DNA of 64,000 nt from an uncultured delta proteobacterium (GTDB lineage Bacteria; Desulfobacterota; Binatia; DP-6): NCBI GenBank assembly GCA_963815115.1, contig CAWFFN010000012.1:192001-256000 (forward strand). The letters run 5' to 3'. The notes beneath the pieces were generated by a model. It worked only from the letters and a program-made list of their open reading frames with translations, did no database searches and was not told where the DNA came from. Of this stretch, positions 51,252 through 60,537 are shown piece after piece; the stretch's first letter is position 1; each line of letters begins with the position of its first letter. Both the position numbers and the translations under genes were made by a program.

Positions 51252-51724
51252 CACGAAGCCTCCTCGTTGGCGTGGACGCGCAGCGCCGGACCGGGCCGCG
51301 CGCGCATGTCGCGGGCCGTCAGCGGCTCCGTGCAATCGGGACAGGCGAGAACGGGCGTGATGACGTGCCCGCAGCCGCGATGGATCAGCTCGACGGGCGG
51401 CCCCGCCTCGCCCGCCATCCAGCGGTCACCCCAGCGTACCAGGGAGACGATGACGGGGTAGAGGTCGCGACCCTTCTCGGTGAGGCGATACTCGAACCGT
51501 GGCGGGCGATCCTGGTAGCGCACGCGCTCGAACACGCCCGCGGCGACCAGCCGCTTCAGCCGGTCGGCCAGGCGATGGCGGGTCAGCCCGACGGCGCGGA
51601 AGTCGTCGAAGCGGCGGACGCCGAGGAACGCGTCGCGCAGGACGACCAGGGTCCAGCGGTCTCCGACGACCGACAGGGCCCGCGCCACGGAGCAGGTCAG
51701 ATCGCCGACGTCAGCCCATCGCAT
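51251..51724 (-). CDS. HxlR family winged-helix transcriptional regulator
   Basis: CSVARALSVVGDRWT, RRFDDF, EYRLTEKG, WGDRW. Confidence 0.95.
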   Translation of the reverse strand: MRWADVGDLTCSVARALSVVGDRWTLVVLRDAFLGVRRFDDFRAVGLTRHRLADRLKRLVAAGVFERVRYQDRPPRFEYRLTEKGRDLYPVIVSLVRWGDRWMAGEAGPPVELIHRGCGHVITPVLACPDCTEPLTARDMRARPGPALRVHANEEAS

Positions 51725-51730
51725 GGCTCA

Positions 51731-51745
51731 GTTCCAAAACAGAAC
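51731..51745. promoter_or_regulatory. Candidate HxlR operator (GTTC-N7-GAAC)
   Basis: GTTCCAAAACAGAAC, 6 nt upstream of the hxlR start codon, with an AT-rich core. Confidence 0.45.
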
Positions 51746-51793
51746 CCACTTACCGCCGACCCGCCGGGGATGCAAGCCAGAAAGCAGGGCGGC

Positions 51794-52120
51794 TTAGGGC
51801 CTCGACTGCGAGTCCGTGACGGCCAGCAGGTTGCCGGCGGGGTCGTAGACCTCCACGCCGCCGCCGTTGACGATGATGCCGACAGGGCTGTTCGCCTTGT
51901 ACGGAAACTTCGGATTGCTGCCGTTCTTCAGCGGAACCGACCGCAGGACGATGCTGTCGAAGGTGTAGGCGGACTGGAACTCCCGCGGCTGGCAGGGGAT
52001 GTCACCGAGACAGGGCTTCAAGGCGGGCACCAGGTAGACGCGGTTGTATCCGCCCGCCGTCGCAACGGCCGGCACGGTGAGCGCCGCCAACATGGTGAGA
52101 CGAAGAAGCAGGCGTTGCAT
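51794..52120 (-). CDS. Small secreted hypothetical protein (108 aa)
   Basis: GAGGAG RBS; signal peptide MQRLLLRLTMLAALTVPAVATA; one Cys pair. Confidence 0.7.
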   Translation of the reverse strand: MQRLLLRLTMLAALTVPAVATAGGYNRVYLVPALKPCLGDIPCQPREFQSAYTFDSIVLRSVPLKNGSNPKFPYKANSPVGIIVNGGGVEVYDPAGNLLAVTDSQSRP

Positions 52121-52140
52121 GGGGTGCTCCTCGGAAGCGA

Positions 52141-53360
52141 TCAGGAGGTGAACGGGTTGCATGCCGTCTCCGGTGGCGCGCCCGGAATCGGGTCGTAGAT
52201 CTGCGCCGGGATGATGCACATCTCGTCGTCGGAGAGCGGCCCGAACACCAGGTTGGCCTCCACGCAGCGCCCGGTGCCGAATCCCTGGCAGTTGACGCCG
52301 GCCTCCCCGCACGGCCGCGCGTCGCCGAATTCCTCGCCCGCGGCGACGGCGTCGCGCCAGCGTACGCCCGGCGTGATGCCCGGCGCGGCCTCGCAGCCCA
52401 TCTTCATCTCCAGGCCGGCGGCGCCGTTGGCGTGCGTGCACGTGTAGCGCAGCCGCGGGTGGCCGTTCTCGGCGGTGTAGGCGCGCAGGAGGTTGCCCTT
52501 CGGCAGCACGCCGGTGAACGGGCGCGCGACGATGGACGGGTGCTGGTAGTCGTACACCTTCGGATCGAGCAGCGTGAACGGCTCCTTCCCGTCCTCCTCG
52601 TAGGTGATGGTGAAGTGCGTGCCACGCTTGTGCGTGTGCGTCGTCAAGAGCAGCAGGCAGACGTCGTGATCCGGGCGGAAGCCGCCCTCCGTGTTCGGGT
52701 CCGCGCCGCCGTCCGCCTGCCAGGTCGCGCTGACGCTGCGGACCTCGCCGGGCGGCACGTCGATGTCGTAGCTCGCGTCCACCGGCGTGACGCTGCGGAC
52801 GACCCGACGGGTGCCGTCATAGGGCGCGAGATGAAACTCGACTCGCACGAGCCCGCGCCCGGGCTTCGTGGTGTTGTTGAAGTAGTGGGAGTTGATCACG
52901 ACGATGGCGTCACCCGTGCCGCCCGAGTTGGGCAGGAGGGTGGCGAGTCCGAGAGGGGTGAGGCCCTGCGTCTCGAGCCACTTGCCATCGCGGCTGCGGG
53001 ACTCGCCGCCGGAGCCGGCGAGCTGAACGCGGTTTCGGAAGAAGTCGTCCGGCCCGAACCCGTTGCATCCCGGATCGTCGACGACGTCCCGCGGGTTCTT
53101 GCGCAGCGGGAACGCGGCGGCGTTGCTCCCGTTGTAGCCATAGATCACGAGGTGATGGGTCCCGACGTTGCCCTTCCTCCACGATCGCGATCGCACGTCG
53201 TACGACGTGATCTCCATCCCGGGCACGTCCGGGATGCGGATCGCCTGGCACACCTCGCGGTCCCGCTTCGCCTCGATCCGGAAGGGTCCGAGGGTCAGGC
53301 GGACGACCTTCTCCTTGCCGGCCGCCGGTACCGCGAGGGCAGTGCCGCGCGGCCGGTCAA
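52141..53360 (-). CDS. Copper type II (PHM/DBM-like) monooxygenase-domain protein; 5' end unresolved
   Basis: THHL, NSHYFN, THTHKRG and DEMC motifs; there is no in-frame start between the panK stop and ...LAVPAAGKEK. Confidence 0.7.
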
Positions 53361-53435
53361 GGGGAGACGGCGCGCCGGTGCGAAAATCACCCGGCCGGGG
53401 GATGTCGAATCCAGCCTCGACGATGGCGCACCGTG

Positions 53436-54275
53436 TCAGCCGGCGGCGCCCACCGCACCGCAGAACGCACCGCCCGCAAGAAAAGAGGCCCGGTGGCCCA
53501 GATGGGTGGTGATCTCGCCGACGATGCGGCGGAGCGACGGGTTCTCCGACAGCGTCGAGCCGCAGTAGACCACCGTATCGACCGCAAGCCCGCGCGCGAA
53601 CCCGCCGCACAGGAGCGCGACGTTCTCGCCCACGAGTCCCATGAGCGCCTGTGCGAGGTCTTCGGGACGCGTGGAGGCGAGCTTCGCGAAGCTGGCGGCC
53701 GTGAGGTCCCGCAGCAGCGGTGCGACGGCGCCCCGATAGACGTCTCCGACGAGGAGGTCGACCGAGCGCCGGTCGCCGCGCTCCGCCATCGCCGCGATCT
53801 CCGCGAACGACTCGATGCCGACCAGGAGGCGGCCGAGCCCGAGCACCGTTCCGCCGCCGAGCGCCGTGCCGCCCACGCGCTCGACCCGCCCCTCGTCGAC
53901 CGCCAGCACCGACGTCCCGGTCCCGAGGGAGACGAGCAGGTAGCGATCGGGCAGGCCGATGCCCTCTTCCGCCGCCACCAGCGGGGCGCCGCGCGCCCAG
54001 GCCTCGAACTCCGGCACGTGCTCGATCGGAAGGCCAGCGACCTCCGTGCCGAGGCGGTCCGCACCCCCTCCCGTGGCCACGATCCGGGCCGGGCCCCAGG
54101 CCTCGACCAGGGCGCGGGCGCCGGCCAGGTCGGTGGAGGGATAGTGCGCCGTCGACAGCCCGTCGCGGCGGAGCGCGAGCTTGCAGAGCGTCGCACCGAC
54201 GTCGATGCCGGCGACGTCGCCGCGGGCCTCGTGTCCGGTCTTGACCGCGCCAGCGCCGGCCCCATCACCGCTCAT
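53436..54275 (-). CDS. coaW: Type II pantothenate kinase (Fumble family)
   Basis: GIDVGATLCK, TGGGA, EFEAW, SLGTGTS, GGTALGGGT, DLLVGDVY, ASFAK. Confidence 0.9.
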   Translation of the reverse strand: MSGDGAGAGAVKTGHEARGDVAGIDVGATLCKLALRRDGLSTAHYPSTDLAGARALVEAWGPARIVATGGGADRLGTEVAGLPIEHVPEFEAWARGAPLVAAEEGIGLPDRYLLVSLGTGTSVLAVDEGRVERVGGTALGGGTVLGLGRLLVGIESFAEIAAMAERGDRRSVDLLVGDVYRGAVAPLLRDLTAASFAKLASTRPEDLAQALMGLVGENVALLCGGFARGLAVDTVVYCGSTLSENPSLRRIVGEITTHLGHRASFLAGGAFCGAVGAAG

Positions 54276-54455
54276 GGCGCGCGAGACTACACTACGGACG
54301 CGTGGCCAGCAGCACGGCCGTCGTGGACGCCCCGAGCCGTCCAGCGTGTCCGCGGTGAGAGGTCGGGACGTTCCGTCGCCGGCGAGGTCCGCCGCCTGGA
54401 CATCGGGCGCTCGCTCCTCCGCCGACCGGCAGCGCCGCCCCGGGAGATCCGGCTC

Positions 54456-55307
54456 TCAAGCCGGAAGGCCCATGCAGCCTCTCAGCGCGCGGAAGGCGCC
54501 GGTCCAGGCGCCCGCACGATCCCGGATGACGAGCGCCGGATCGATCCGCGTCGGATGGCGATGCTCGGCGCGCCGCATCGCCCAGACCGAGAACAGCACG
54601 CGCTTGTCCTCGCGCGGCACGACGTCCCGCCGCCGCACGATCGCCAGGCCGGCGCGCGCCGCCGCGCCCGTGACACGGCCGGCCTGCGCGGCGCCGGCGC
54701 AGGTGACGAACCATCCGTCCGGTGCGAGCAGCCGGGTCGCCGCCTCGACGTACGCTTCGACGCCGCCGCGTTGCTCGAGGTGACAGCCGGCCCACTGCGG
54801 GCGCCGCGAGCCGTGCGCGGTGCCCAGCGGAAGGTACGGCGGCGTCGCCGTGACGAGGTCGAAGGCCCTCTCCCCGGGCAGCGCCGCGGGATCGCGCAGG
54901 TCACCGCACCGGACCCGGCAGCGCGACTCGACGCCGTTCCAGGCGATCGAGCGCCGCGCCAGGTGGACGCTCGCCTGCTGCGCCTCGACGCCGTCGCCGT
55001 GCGCGGCAGGAAAGCGCCACGCGATCAGCAGCAGCACCGCGCCGATCCCGCAGCCGAGGTCGGCGAAGCGCCGCGGCGTCGCCTGCACGCAGTCGGCGGC
55101 GAACCAGGCCGTCACCAGGTCGTCGAGCGACCAGCGGTGGCCGCGGACGAGCTGGAGGATGCGCCAGTCGCCCGCGAGGTGACACAGATCCTCTCCCGCA
55201 CCCGGCCACAGGTCGGGCCGCTCGGCCGGTGCGGCGGGCGGCGGTCCGGGTGCACACCAGCCGGGTGGACGGCGCGGGCGGCGCACGATGCCGGCCGGCG
55301 CCGTCAC
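54456..55307 (-). CDS. SAM-dependent methyltransferase, TrmN6 (tRNA m6A37)-like
   Basis: GHRWSLDD, DLGCGIG, GVEAQ, TPPY (NPPY-like). Confidence 0.8.
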   Translation of the reverse strand: MTAPAGIVRRPRRPPGWCAPGPPPAAPAERPDLWPGAGEDLCHLAGDWRILQLVRGHRWSLDDLVTAWFAADCVQATPRRFADLGCGIGAVLLLIAWRFPAAHGDGVEAQQASVHLARRSIAWNGVESRCRVRCGDLRDPAALPGERAFDLVTATPPYLPLGTAHGSRRPQWAGCHLEQRGGVEAYVEAATRLLAPDGWFVTCAGAAQAGRVTGAAARAGLAIVRRRDVVPREDKRVLFSVWAMRRAEHRHPTRIDPALVIRDRAGAWTGAFRALRGCMGLPA

Positions 55308-56698
55308 GTGGTCGCGAGGAGCGCGCCCGGGTTCATGATCCCGGCGGGATCGAGCGCGCGTTTCAGTGCGCGCAGTACCGGGTAGGCGTCGCCCAGCTCG
55401 CGCTCCAGCCACGGGACGCGCAGCCGGCCGATGCCGTGGTGGTGCGCGATCGTACCGCCCGCAGCGAGGGTCGCCTCCATGACGCGCGTCCAGGCCTGGA
55501 GGTAGGTGTCCTCGGCGCGCGCGAAGTCCTCCGGCTTGACGGCGAAGGTGATGTAGAGGTTCGTCCCCTGCGCGTAGCTGTGCGAGCTGTGTGCGCTGGC
55601 GGCGAGCATGCCGGGCACCGAGCCGAGCCCGGCCAGCACCGCGTCGTACAGAACCGCCACGCGATCCCACGTCGCCGCGATCTCGATGGTGTCGACCATC
55701 ATCTCGCGGTCCAGGAAGAAGTCCCACGATGGCACGCTGTTCCGATTCTCGAGCCAGTGCTCGACGGGGGCCGTCCCCAGCATCTTCGCGCCGCCGGCTG
55801 CGGCGGTGACCGCGGCCAGCTCCGCGTCCGCCATCGCCGCGGGCCCCTCGCAGACGACGAGCAGCAGGCAGGCGCCCGGCGGCGCCCACTCGTTGAAGGT
55901 GCGCGCGGTCTCGATCGCGTCGTAGAGCCGCAGCACGGCCGGGCGCCAGCCGACGCGGACGACGCGTCGGATCAGGTCGAGGCCCTCCGTCACGCTCGGC
56001 ACGACGAAGCTCTCGAGCAGGCGGCGCTCCGGAAGGGGGAACAGGCGCAGGGTCACCTCGGTGACGATGCCGAGCGTTCCCTCGCTGCCGAGGAAGATCT
56101 CGCGCAGCGACGGCCCGGTGGACGCGCGCGGCACCGGTGCCAGCCGGAGCGTATCGCCGCTCGGGAGCACCACTTCCAGGCCCAGCAGCAGATCCTCGAT
56201 GTTGCCGTACTTGGTCGAGAACTGCCCGGCCGATCGGGTGGCGACGAGACCGCCCAGCGTGGCGCGCTCGATCGACTGGGGATAGTGCCCGCTGGTGTAG
56301 CCGCGCGCGCCGAGCGCGCGCTCGTAGTCCCCGCCCAGCATGCCGGCCTGGGCACTCGCCAGCAGCGACGTTTCCTCGATCTCCAGCAGCCGGTCCATGG
56401 CGCGCAGGTCGATCACGACCGATCCCGCCGGAGGCACGGCGCCACCGAGCACTCCCGACCCGCCGCCGTACGGGACCACGGCGACGCCGTGGCGCTGCGC
56501 CGTGCGCACGGCGGCCGCCACCTCCGCCGTCGCGCGCGGGCGCACGATGCAGGCCGGCGGCGCGCCGAGACGCCCCTGGCGGGCACGAAGGTGCGCGAGG
56601 ATCCAGTAGTCGGTGCGGTGCGCGTCGAGAGCGGCCGCGTTCTCCGACACACGATCGTCGCCGAGCTCGCTGCGCAGCGCGTCTCCGATCTGGCTCAT
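55304..56698 (-). CDS. FAD-linked oxidase, alkyl-dihydroxyacetonephosphate synthase-like
   Basis: PYGGGSGV, GHYPQS, ATRSAGQFSTKYGNIED, GSEGTLG, HSSHSY, HHHGIG. Confidence 0.85.
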   Translation of the reverse strand: MSQIGDALRSELGDDRVSENAAALDAHRTDYWILAHLRARQGRLGAPPACIVRPRATAEVAAAVRTAQRHGVAVVPYGGGSGVLGGAVPPAGSVVIDLRAMDRLLEIEETSLLASAQAGMLGGDYERALGARGYTSGHYPQSIERATLGGLVATRSAGQFSTKYGNIEDLLLGLEVVLPSGDTLRLAPVPRASTGPSLREIFLGSEGTLGIVTEVTLRLFPLPERRLLESFVVPSVTEGLDLIRRVVRVGWRPAVLRLYDAIETARTFNEWAPPGACLLLVVCEGPAAMADAELAAVTAAAGGAKMLGTAPVEHWLENRNSVPSWDFFLDREMMVDTIEIAATWDRVAVLYDAVLAGLGSVPGMLAASAHSSHSYAQGTNLYITFAVKPEDFARAEDTYLQAWTRVMEATLAAGGTIAHHHGIGRLRVPWLERELGDAYPVLRALKRALDPAGIMNPGALLATT

Positions 56699-58302
56699 AC
56701 GAAGCTCCTCAGGCTCGCCGCCAGGCGGCGATAGTCGTCGATCTCGGCCGCGGTGCGCTCGGCGCTCCAGCCGAGGCGCTGCGACGCGATGGCCGCGGCC
56801 GCCTCGACGCCGTCGACGCCCTGGCGGCGGTCGAACGACAGGGAGCGCGTGCGGCGGTCGAGCACGTCCTGCAGCGTCAGGGCCATCTCCTCGTCCAGCG
56901 CGTACTCGATCTCTGCGCGCAGCACGCCGGGCAACCCCGTCACCGGCTCGCCGCTCGCGGGCTCCTCGGCGATGCGCTCGAGCAGGCGCTCGCAGGTGGC
57001 CCCGTGCAGTCGGAAGAGGCGCGCGGCCTGGTCGGCGGAGAGCTGCGGCAGCCGGCCCGCGATCGCCGCCGCATCGAGCGAGGTCGGCTGGCCGCCGGGC
57101 AGCGCGACCTCGTCGCTGCGGCACTCGGGCGCCCGGCGGTCGAGCCGGCTGAACACCAGGTCGACCACCCGCTCGGCCATGCGGCGGTAGGTGGTGAGCT
57201 TGCCGCCGGCGATGGAGATGAGGCCGGTCACCGGATCGGTGGCGATCTCCTCCTTGCGAGAGATCTCCGAGGGCGCCTTGCCCTCCTCGCGCAGGAGGGG
57301 GCGGAGGCCGGACCACGAAGCGAGCACGTCGGCGCGTGTGAGCGGCGGGCCGCCGAACGTGCGGTTCGCCGCGTCGAGGAGGTAGTCCGCATCGTCTCCC
57401 GTGACACCGGGGTGGAGTGCGGGCGCGTCGAACAGCGTGTCGGTGGTGCCGAGATAGGTGATGCCATCGCGCGGAACGGCGAACACCGAGCGCCGGTCGC
57501 GCGCCTGCATCACGATGGAATGGCGGAGCGGCAGCCGGTCGTGCCCGATGACCAGGTGGACGCCCTTGGTGAGCTGCAACCCTCGTCCGCGCGTGGCGCC
57601 GGCGCGCCGCCAGATCTCCTCCACCCAGGGTCCGGCGGCGTTGACCACGACGCGGGCGCGAGCGCGCAGCTCGACCCCGAGGACGGTGTCGCGCACCGCG
57701 ATCGAGCCACCGTCGATCGCCGTCACCTCGGCGTGGTTGGCGCACAGGGCGCCGGCCGCGGCCGCGCCCGCCACCGTGGCGAGCACGAGCCTGGCGTCAT
57801 CGGTGAGATACTCGACGAAGGCGGCCGCTCCATGCAGTCCGTCGGGCGCGAGACAGGGCTCGCGGGTGAGGGCCTCGTCGCGGTCCCACATCTCGTGGCG
57901 CTCCGCCGCGTCCACCGACGCGATCTTCTCGAAGGTCCACAGGCCGGCGCCGAGCTTCAGGTGGGTGGCGCGCCCGTACGTCGGCATCACCATCAAGAGC
58001 GGCGTCGCGAGGTGCGGCGCGATGCGACGGATGCGCGCGCGCTCGCCGGCCGCCTCGCGCACCAGGGCGATGTCGCCCTGCTGCAGGTAGCGCACGCCGC
58101 CGTGGATCAGCTTCGAGCTACGGCTGGAGGTCCCGGCCGCGAAGTCGACGGCTTCGATGAGCGCCACCGACAGGCCCCGCAGCGCGGCATCGCGCGCGAT
58201 GCCGGCGCCGGTGATGCCGCCGCCGACCACGAGCAGGTCGAGGTCGGCTGCCGGGAGGGCGGCAAGGGCGGCCGCTCGCGCCGCCGGAGACAACGCCGCC
58301 AT
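56695..58302 (-). CDS. glpD: FAD-dependent glycerol-3-phosphate dehydrogenase
   Basis: GGGITG, GTSSRSSKLIHGGVRYL, TDDARL, GLRPL, GGKLTTYR. Confidence 0.93.
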   Translation of the reverse strand: MAALSPAARAAALAALPAADLDLLVVGGGITGAGIARDAALRGLSVALIEAVDFAAGTSSRSSKLIHGGVRYLQQGDIALVREAAGERARIRRIAPHLATPLLMVMPTYGRATHLKLGAGLWTFEKIASVDAAERHEMWDRDEALTREPCLAPDGLHGAAAFVEYLTDDARLVLATVAGAAAAGALCANHAEVTAIDGGSIAVRDTVLGVELRARARVVVNAAGPWVEEIWRRAGATRGRGLQLTKGVHLVIGHDRLPLRHSIVMQARDRRSVFAVPRDGITYLGTTDTLFDAPALHPGVTGDDADYLLDAANRTFGGPPLTRADVLASWSGLRPLLREEGKAPSEISRKEEIATDPVTGLISIAGGKLTTYRRMAERVVDLVFSRLDRRAPECRSDEVALPGGQPTSLDAAAIAGRLPQLSADQAARLFRLHGATCERLLERIAEEPASGEPVTGLPGVLRAEIEYALDEEMALTLQDVLDRRTRSLSFDRRQGVDGVEAAAAIASQRLGWSAERTAAEIDDYRRLAASLRSFV

Positions 58303-58328
58303 GGCCCCGGCCTGCCCGGCTAGCAGAG

Positions 58329-58473
58329 CGACCCGAGACTCCGTCTCGGGTCGGGATGGAGAGCGAGAATGGGACTCGATGAACGGCGCGGCCGTCGTGC
58401 CGCGGCATCCGCCCGATCCACCGAACGCCACACGTTCGCCTCCGCTCTCGACCCGAGACGGAATCTCGGGTCG
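58329..58473. repeat. Intergenic element bounded by two inverted, self-palindromic 25-bp repeats (REP/MITE-like)
   Basis: CGACCCGAGACTCCGTCTCGGGTCG (58329-58353) and CGACCCGAGACGGAATCTCGGGTCG (58449-58473) match 24/25 as reverse complements. Confidence 0.8.
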
Positions 58474-58478
58474 CCTTC

Positions 58479-59129
58479 CTACTGCTTCGCGCCGAGCTCG
58501 TCGAGGGTCGCCTGCGCCTCGGCGACCTTGTCGGCCCGGCCTTCTTCTTGCGCGATCTGCAGCGCGCGGGAGGCAAAGCCGAGCGCCTCGTCGCGATCAC
58601 CGCGTGCCCCGCAGGCCTGGGCGAGCGCGATGCGAGACGTCACGGCGTGCTCGTCACGCTGCACCACCGTGCGCAGCAGCCGCTCGCCTTCGACCGGGTC
58701 GCCGCCGAGCATCCGCGGCAGGCGCACGAGGAGGGTGCCCTTGGTGGCCATGGCGTCGATGTGGTTCGGATCGAGCTGGAGCGTGCGATCGACCTCGTTG
58801 AGCAGCCGGCGCAGCGAGAAGACGGAGGTGATTTTCTCGCCGTCGAGGCGCAGCAGCTCGCCCAGGTTGCACACCACGCCGAAGTGGGCCTGAGGGCTGC
58901 GATTGTCCAGCGCGATCGCCTGATTGGCGAGCGTTTCGCCTCGCTCGAAGTGCTCCTTCCGGGCGGCGCGCGTCTCGGCGTTCCGCCCGTCCTCGCACTC
59001 CCGCAATGCCTGCCTGGCGAGGTCGGAGGCGCTCTGGTCAGCGCGTGAAGCCGAGGGCAGGACGAGAACCGTCACCGCCACCAGCACCGAGATCCACCGG
59101 CACACCATGGGCATCAAGGAAAAAAACAT
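58479..59129 (-). CDS. Secreted TPR-like helical-repeat protein
   Basis: Signal peptide; AIALDNRSPQAHF, TLQLDPNHIDA, LPRMLGGD. Start uncertain. Confidence 0.75.
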   Translation of the reverse strand: MFFSLMPMVCRWISVLVAVTVLVLPSASRADQSASDLARQALRECEDGRNAETRAARKEHFERGETLANQAIALDNRSPQAHFGVVCNLGELLRLDGEKITSVFSLRRLLNEVDRTLQLDPNHIDAMATKGTLLVRLPRMLGGDPVEGERLLRTVVQRDEHAVTSRIALAQACGARGDRDEALGFASRALQIAQEEGRADKVAEAQATLDELGAKQ

Positions 59130-59150
59130 GCCCGGACCTCGCCTCCCGTG

Positions 59151-59843
59151 TCAAACGTCCCCGAGACTCTCGAGCCAGGAGGCCACCGCGGCGACGATTT
59201 CGGCCCGCACGTCCTCCTCGCTCCGTCCCCTGCCGCGCGGCAACCGGAAGCTGTGATCGGCATGCTCTATGGCGAGGAGCGTGGCGCGGGACAACCGGGC
59301 GAGGATGCTGCGCATCAGCGCCGCATCCGCCAGGGCGTCGCGCGTGCCCTGGACGAACAGCATCGGCACCGGGATCGCCGGGAGATGCGCGGCCCGCTCG
59401 ACGCCAGGGCGCCCGGCCGGGTGCAGCGGGAAGCCGAGGAAGATCAGTCCTTTCACCGGCGCGCCCGCTGCCGCCACGTGCGATGCAATCCGACCGCCCA
59501 TGGAGCGCCCGCCGATGGCGATCCAGGGCGGCGCCAGTCGTGCGTCCGTCTGCACGGCGTCCAGCACCGCGCGCCAGCAACGCTCGAGGACGGGCTGCCG
59601 ATCGGGAATGCGGCGCCCCGCTTCCCGGTACGGGAAGTCGAACGTGACGGTCGTCCAGCCGGCGTCCGCGAGACCCGTCTGAATGCCGGAGAGCGAGGCG
59701 TGACGCCGGCTCGACCCGGCTCCCGGCGCCAGCACCACGATCGGACTCCGTCCCGCCGCATGGCCGGCAGCCAGCGCGACACCTGCAGATACCCCGCCGC
59801 CCTGTGGCAGGGGCACTTGCATCTCGAAGCCATCTGACGGCAC
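59151..59843 (-). CDS. Alpha/beta hydrolase (KANL3/Tex30-like)
   Basis: APGAGS, FDFPY, GGRSMGGR, GFPLHP, QGTRD, ADHSF. Confidence 0.88.
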   Translation of the reverse strand: MPSDGFEMQVPLPQGGGVSAGVALAAGHAAGRSPIVVLAPGAGSSRRHASLSGIQTGLADAGWTTVTFDFPYREAGRRIPDRQPVLERCWRAVLDAVQTDARLAPPWIAIGGRSMGGRIASHVAAAGAPVKGLIFLGFPLHPAGRPGVERAAHLPAIPVPMLFVQGTRDALADAALMRSILARLSRATLLAIEHADHSFRLPRGRGRSEEDVRAEIVAAVASWLESLGDV

Positions 59844-59934
59844 GCGCGTCGTGCATCGCACGGGACGTGCTGCGCCGCCACTCGCGACGGCGCGTCTCGA
59901 CTTGCGGGCACGATTGCGCTACCGAACCGCGCGC

Positions 59935-60537
59935 ATGGCGGCGCGCCCGGTCATCGGACTCACCGGCGGCATCGGCTCGGGGAAGAGCACCGTGGCGGCG
60001 ATGCTCGCCGATCTGGGCGCCGACATCATCGACACCGACAAGGTCGGGCACGACGTCTACCGTCCCGGGACGGAAGGCTTCACGCAGGTGACGGCGGCCT
60101 TCGGTCCCGGTGTGGTCGCGGCCGACGGCACGATCGATCGCCGCGCCCTGGCGGCGCGCGTCTTTGCCGACCCGCAGGCCTTGAAGCGCCTGAACGGGAT
60201 CGTTCATCCGCTGATCGGCGTCGCCGTGCGCGACTGGCTGGTGCGCGTTCAGGCAGAGCCGCGGACGACGCCGATCGTGGTCGAGGCCCCCGTTCTCATG
60301 GAGGCGGGCTGGCGCTTCTTCGACGAGGTGTGGGTGGTGATCGTCGAGCCCGAGACCGCGCTGGCCCGTGTCACCTCGTCGCGCGACATCACCGCCGACG
60401 AGGTCCGCCGCCGGCTCGCCGCCCAGCTGTCGAACGACGAGCGCCGCCGGCTGGCGGACCGGGTGATCGAGAACGACGGGACCCTGGCCGAGCTGCGAGC
60501 GAAGGTGAGAGCGGCGTGGGACGCTGTTGCGGGTTGA
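59935..60537 (+). CDS. coaE: Dephospho-CoA kinase
   Basis: IGLTGGIGSGKSTV, IDRRAL, LNGIVHP, ADRVIEN. Confidence 0.96.
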   Translation: MAARPVIGLTGGIGSGKSTVAAMLADLGADIIDTDKVGHDVYRPGTEGFTQVTAAFGPGVVAADGTIDRRALAARVFADPQALKRLNGIVHPLIGVAVRDWLVRVQAEPRTTPIVVEAPVLMEAGWRFFDEVWVVIVEPETALARVTSSRDITADEVRRRLAAQLSNDERRRLADRVIENDGTLAELRAKVRAAWDAVAG

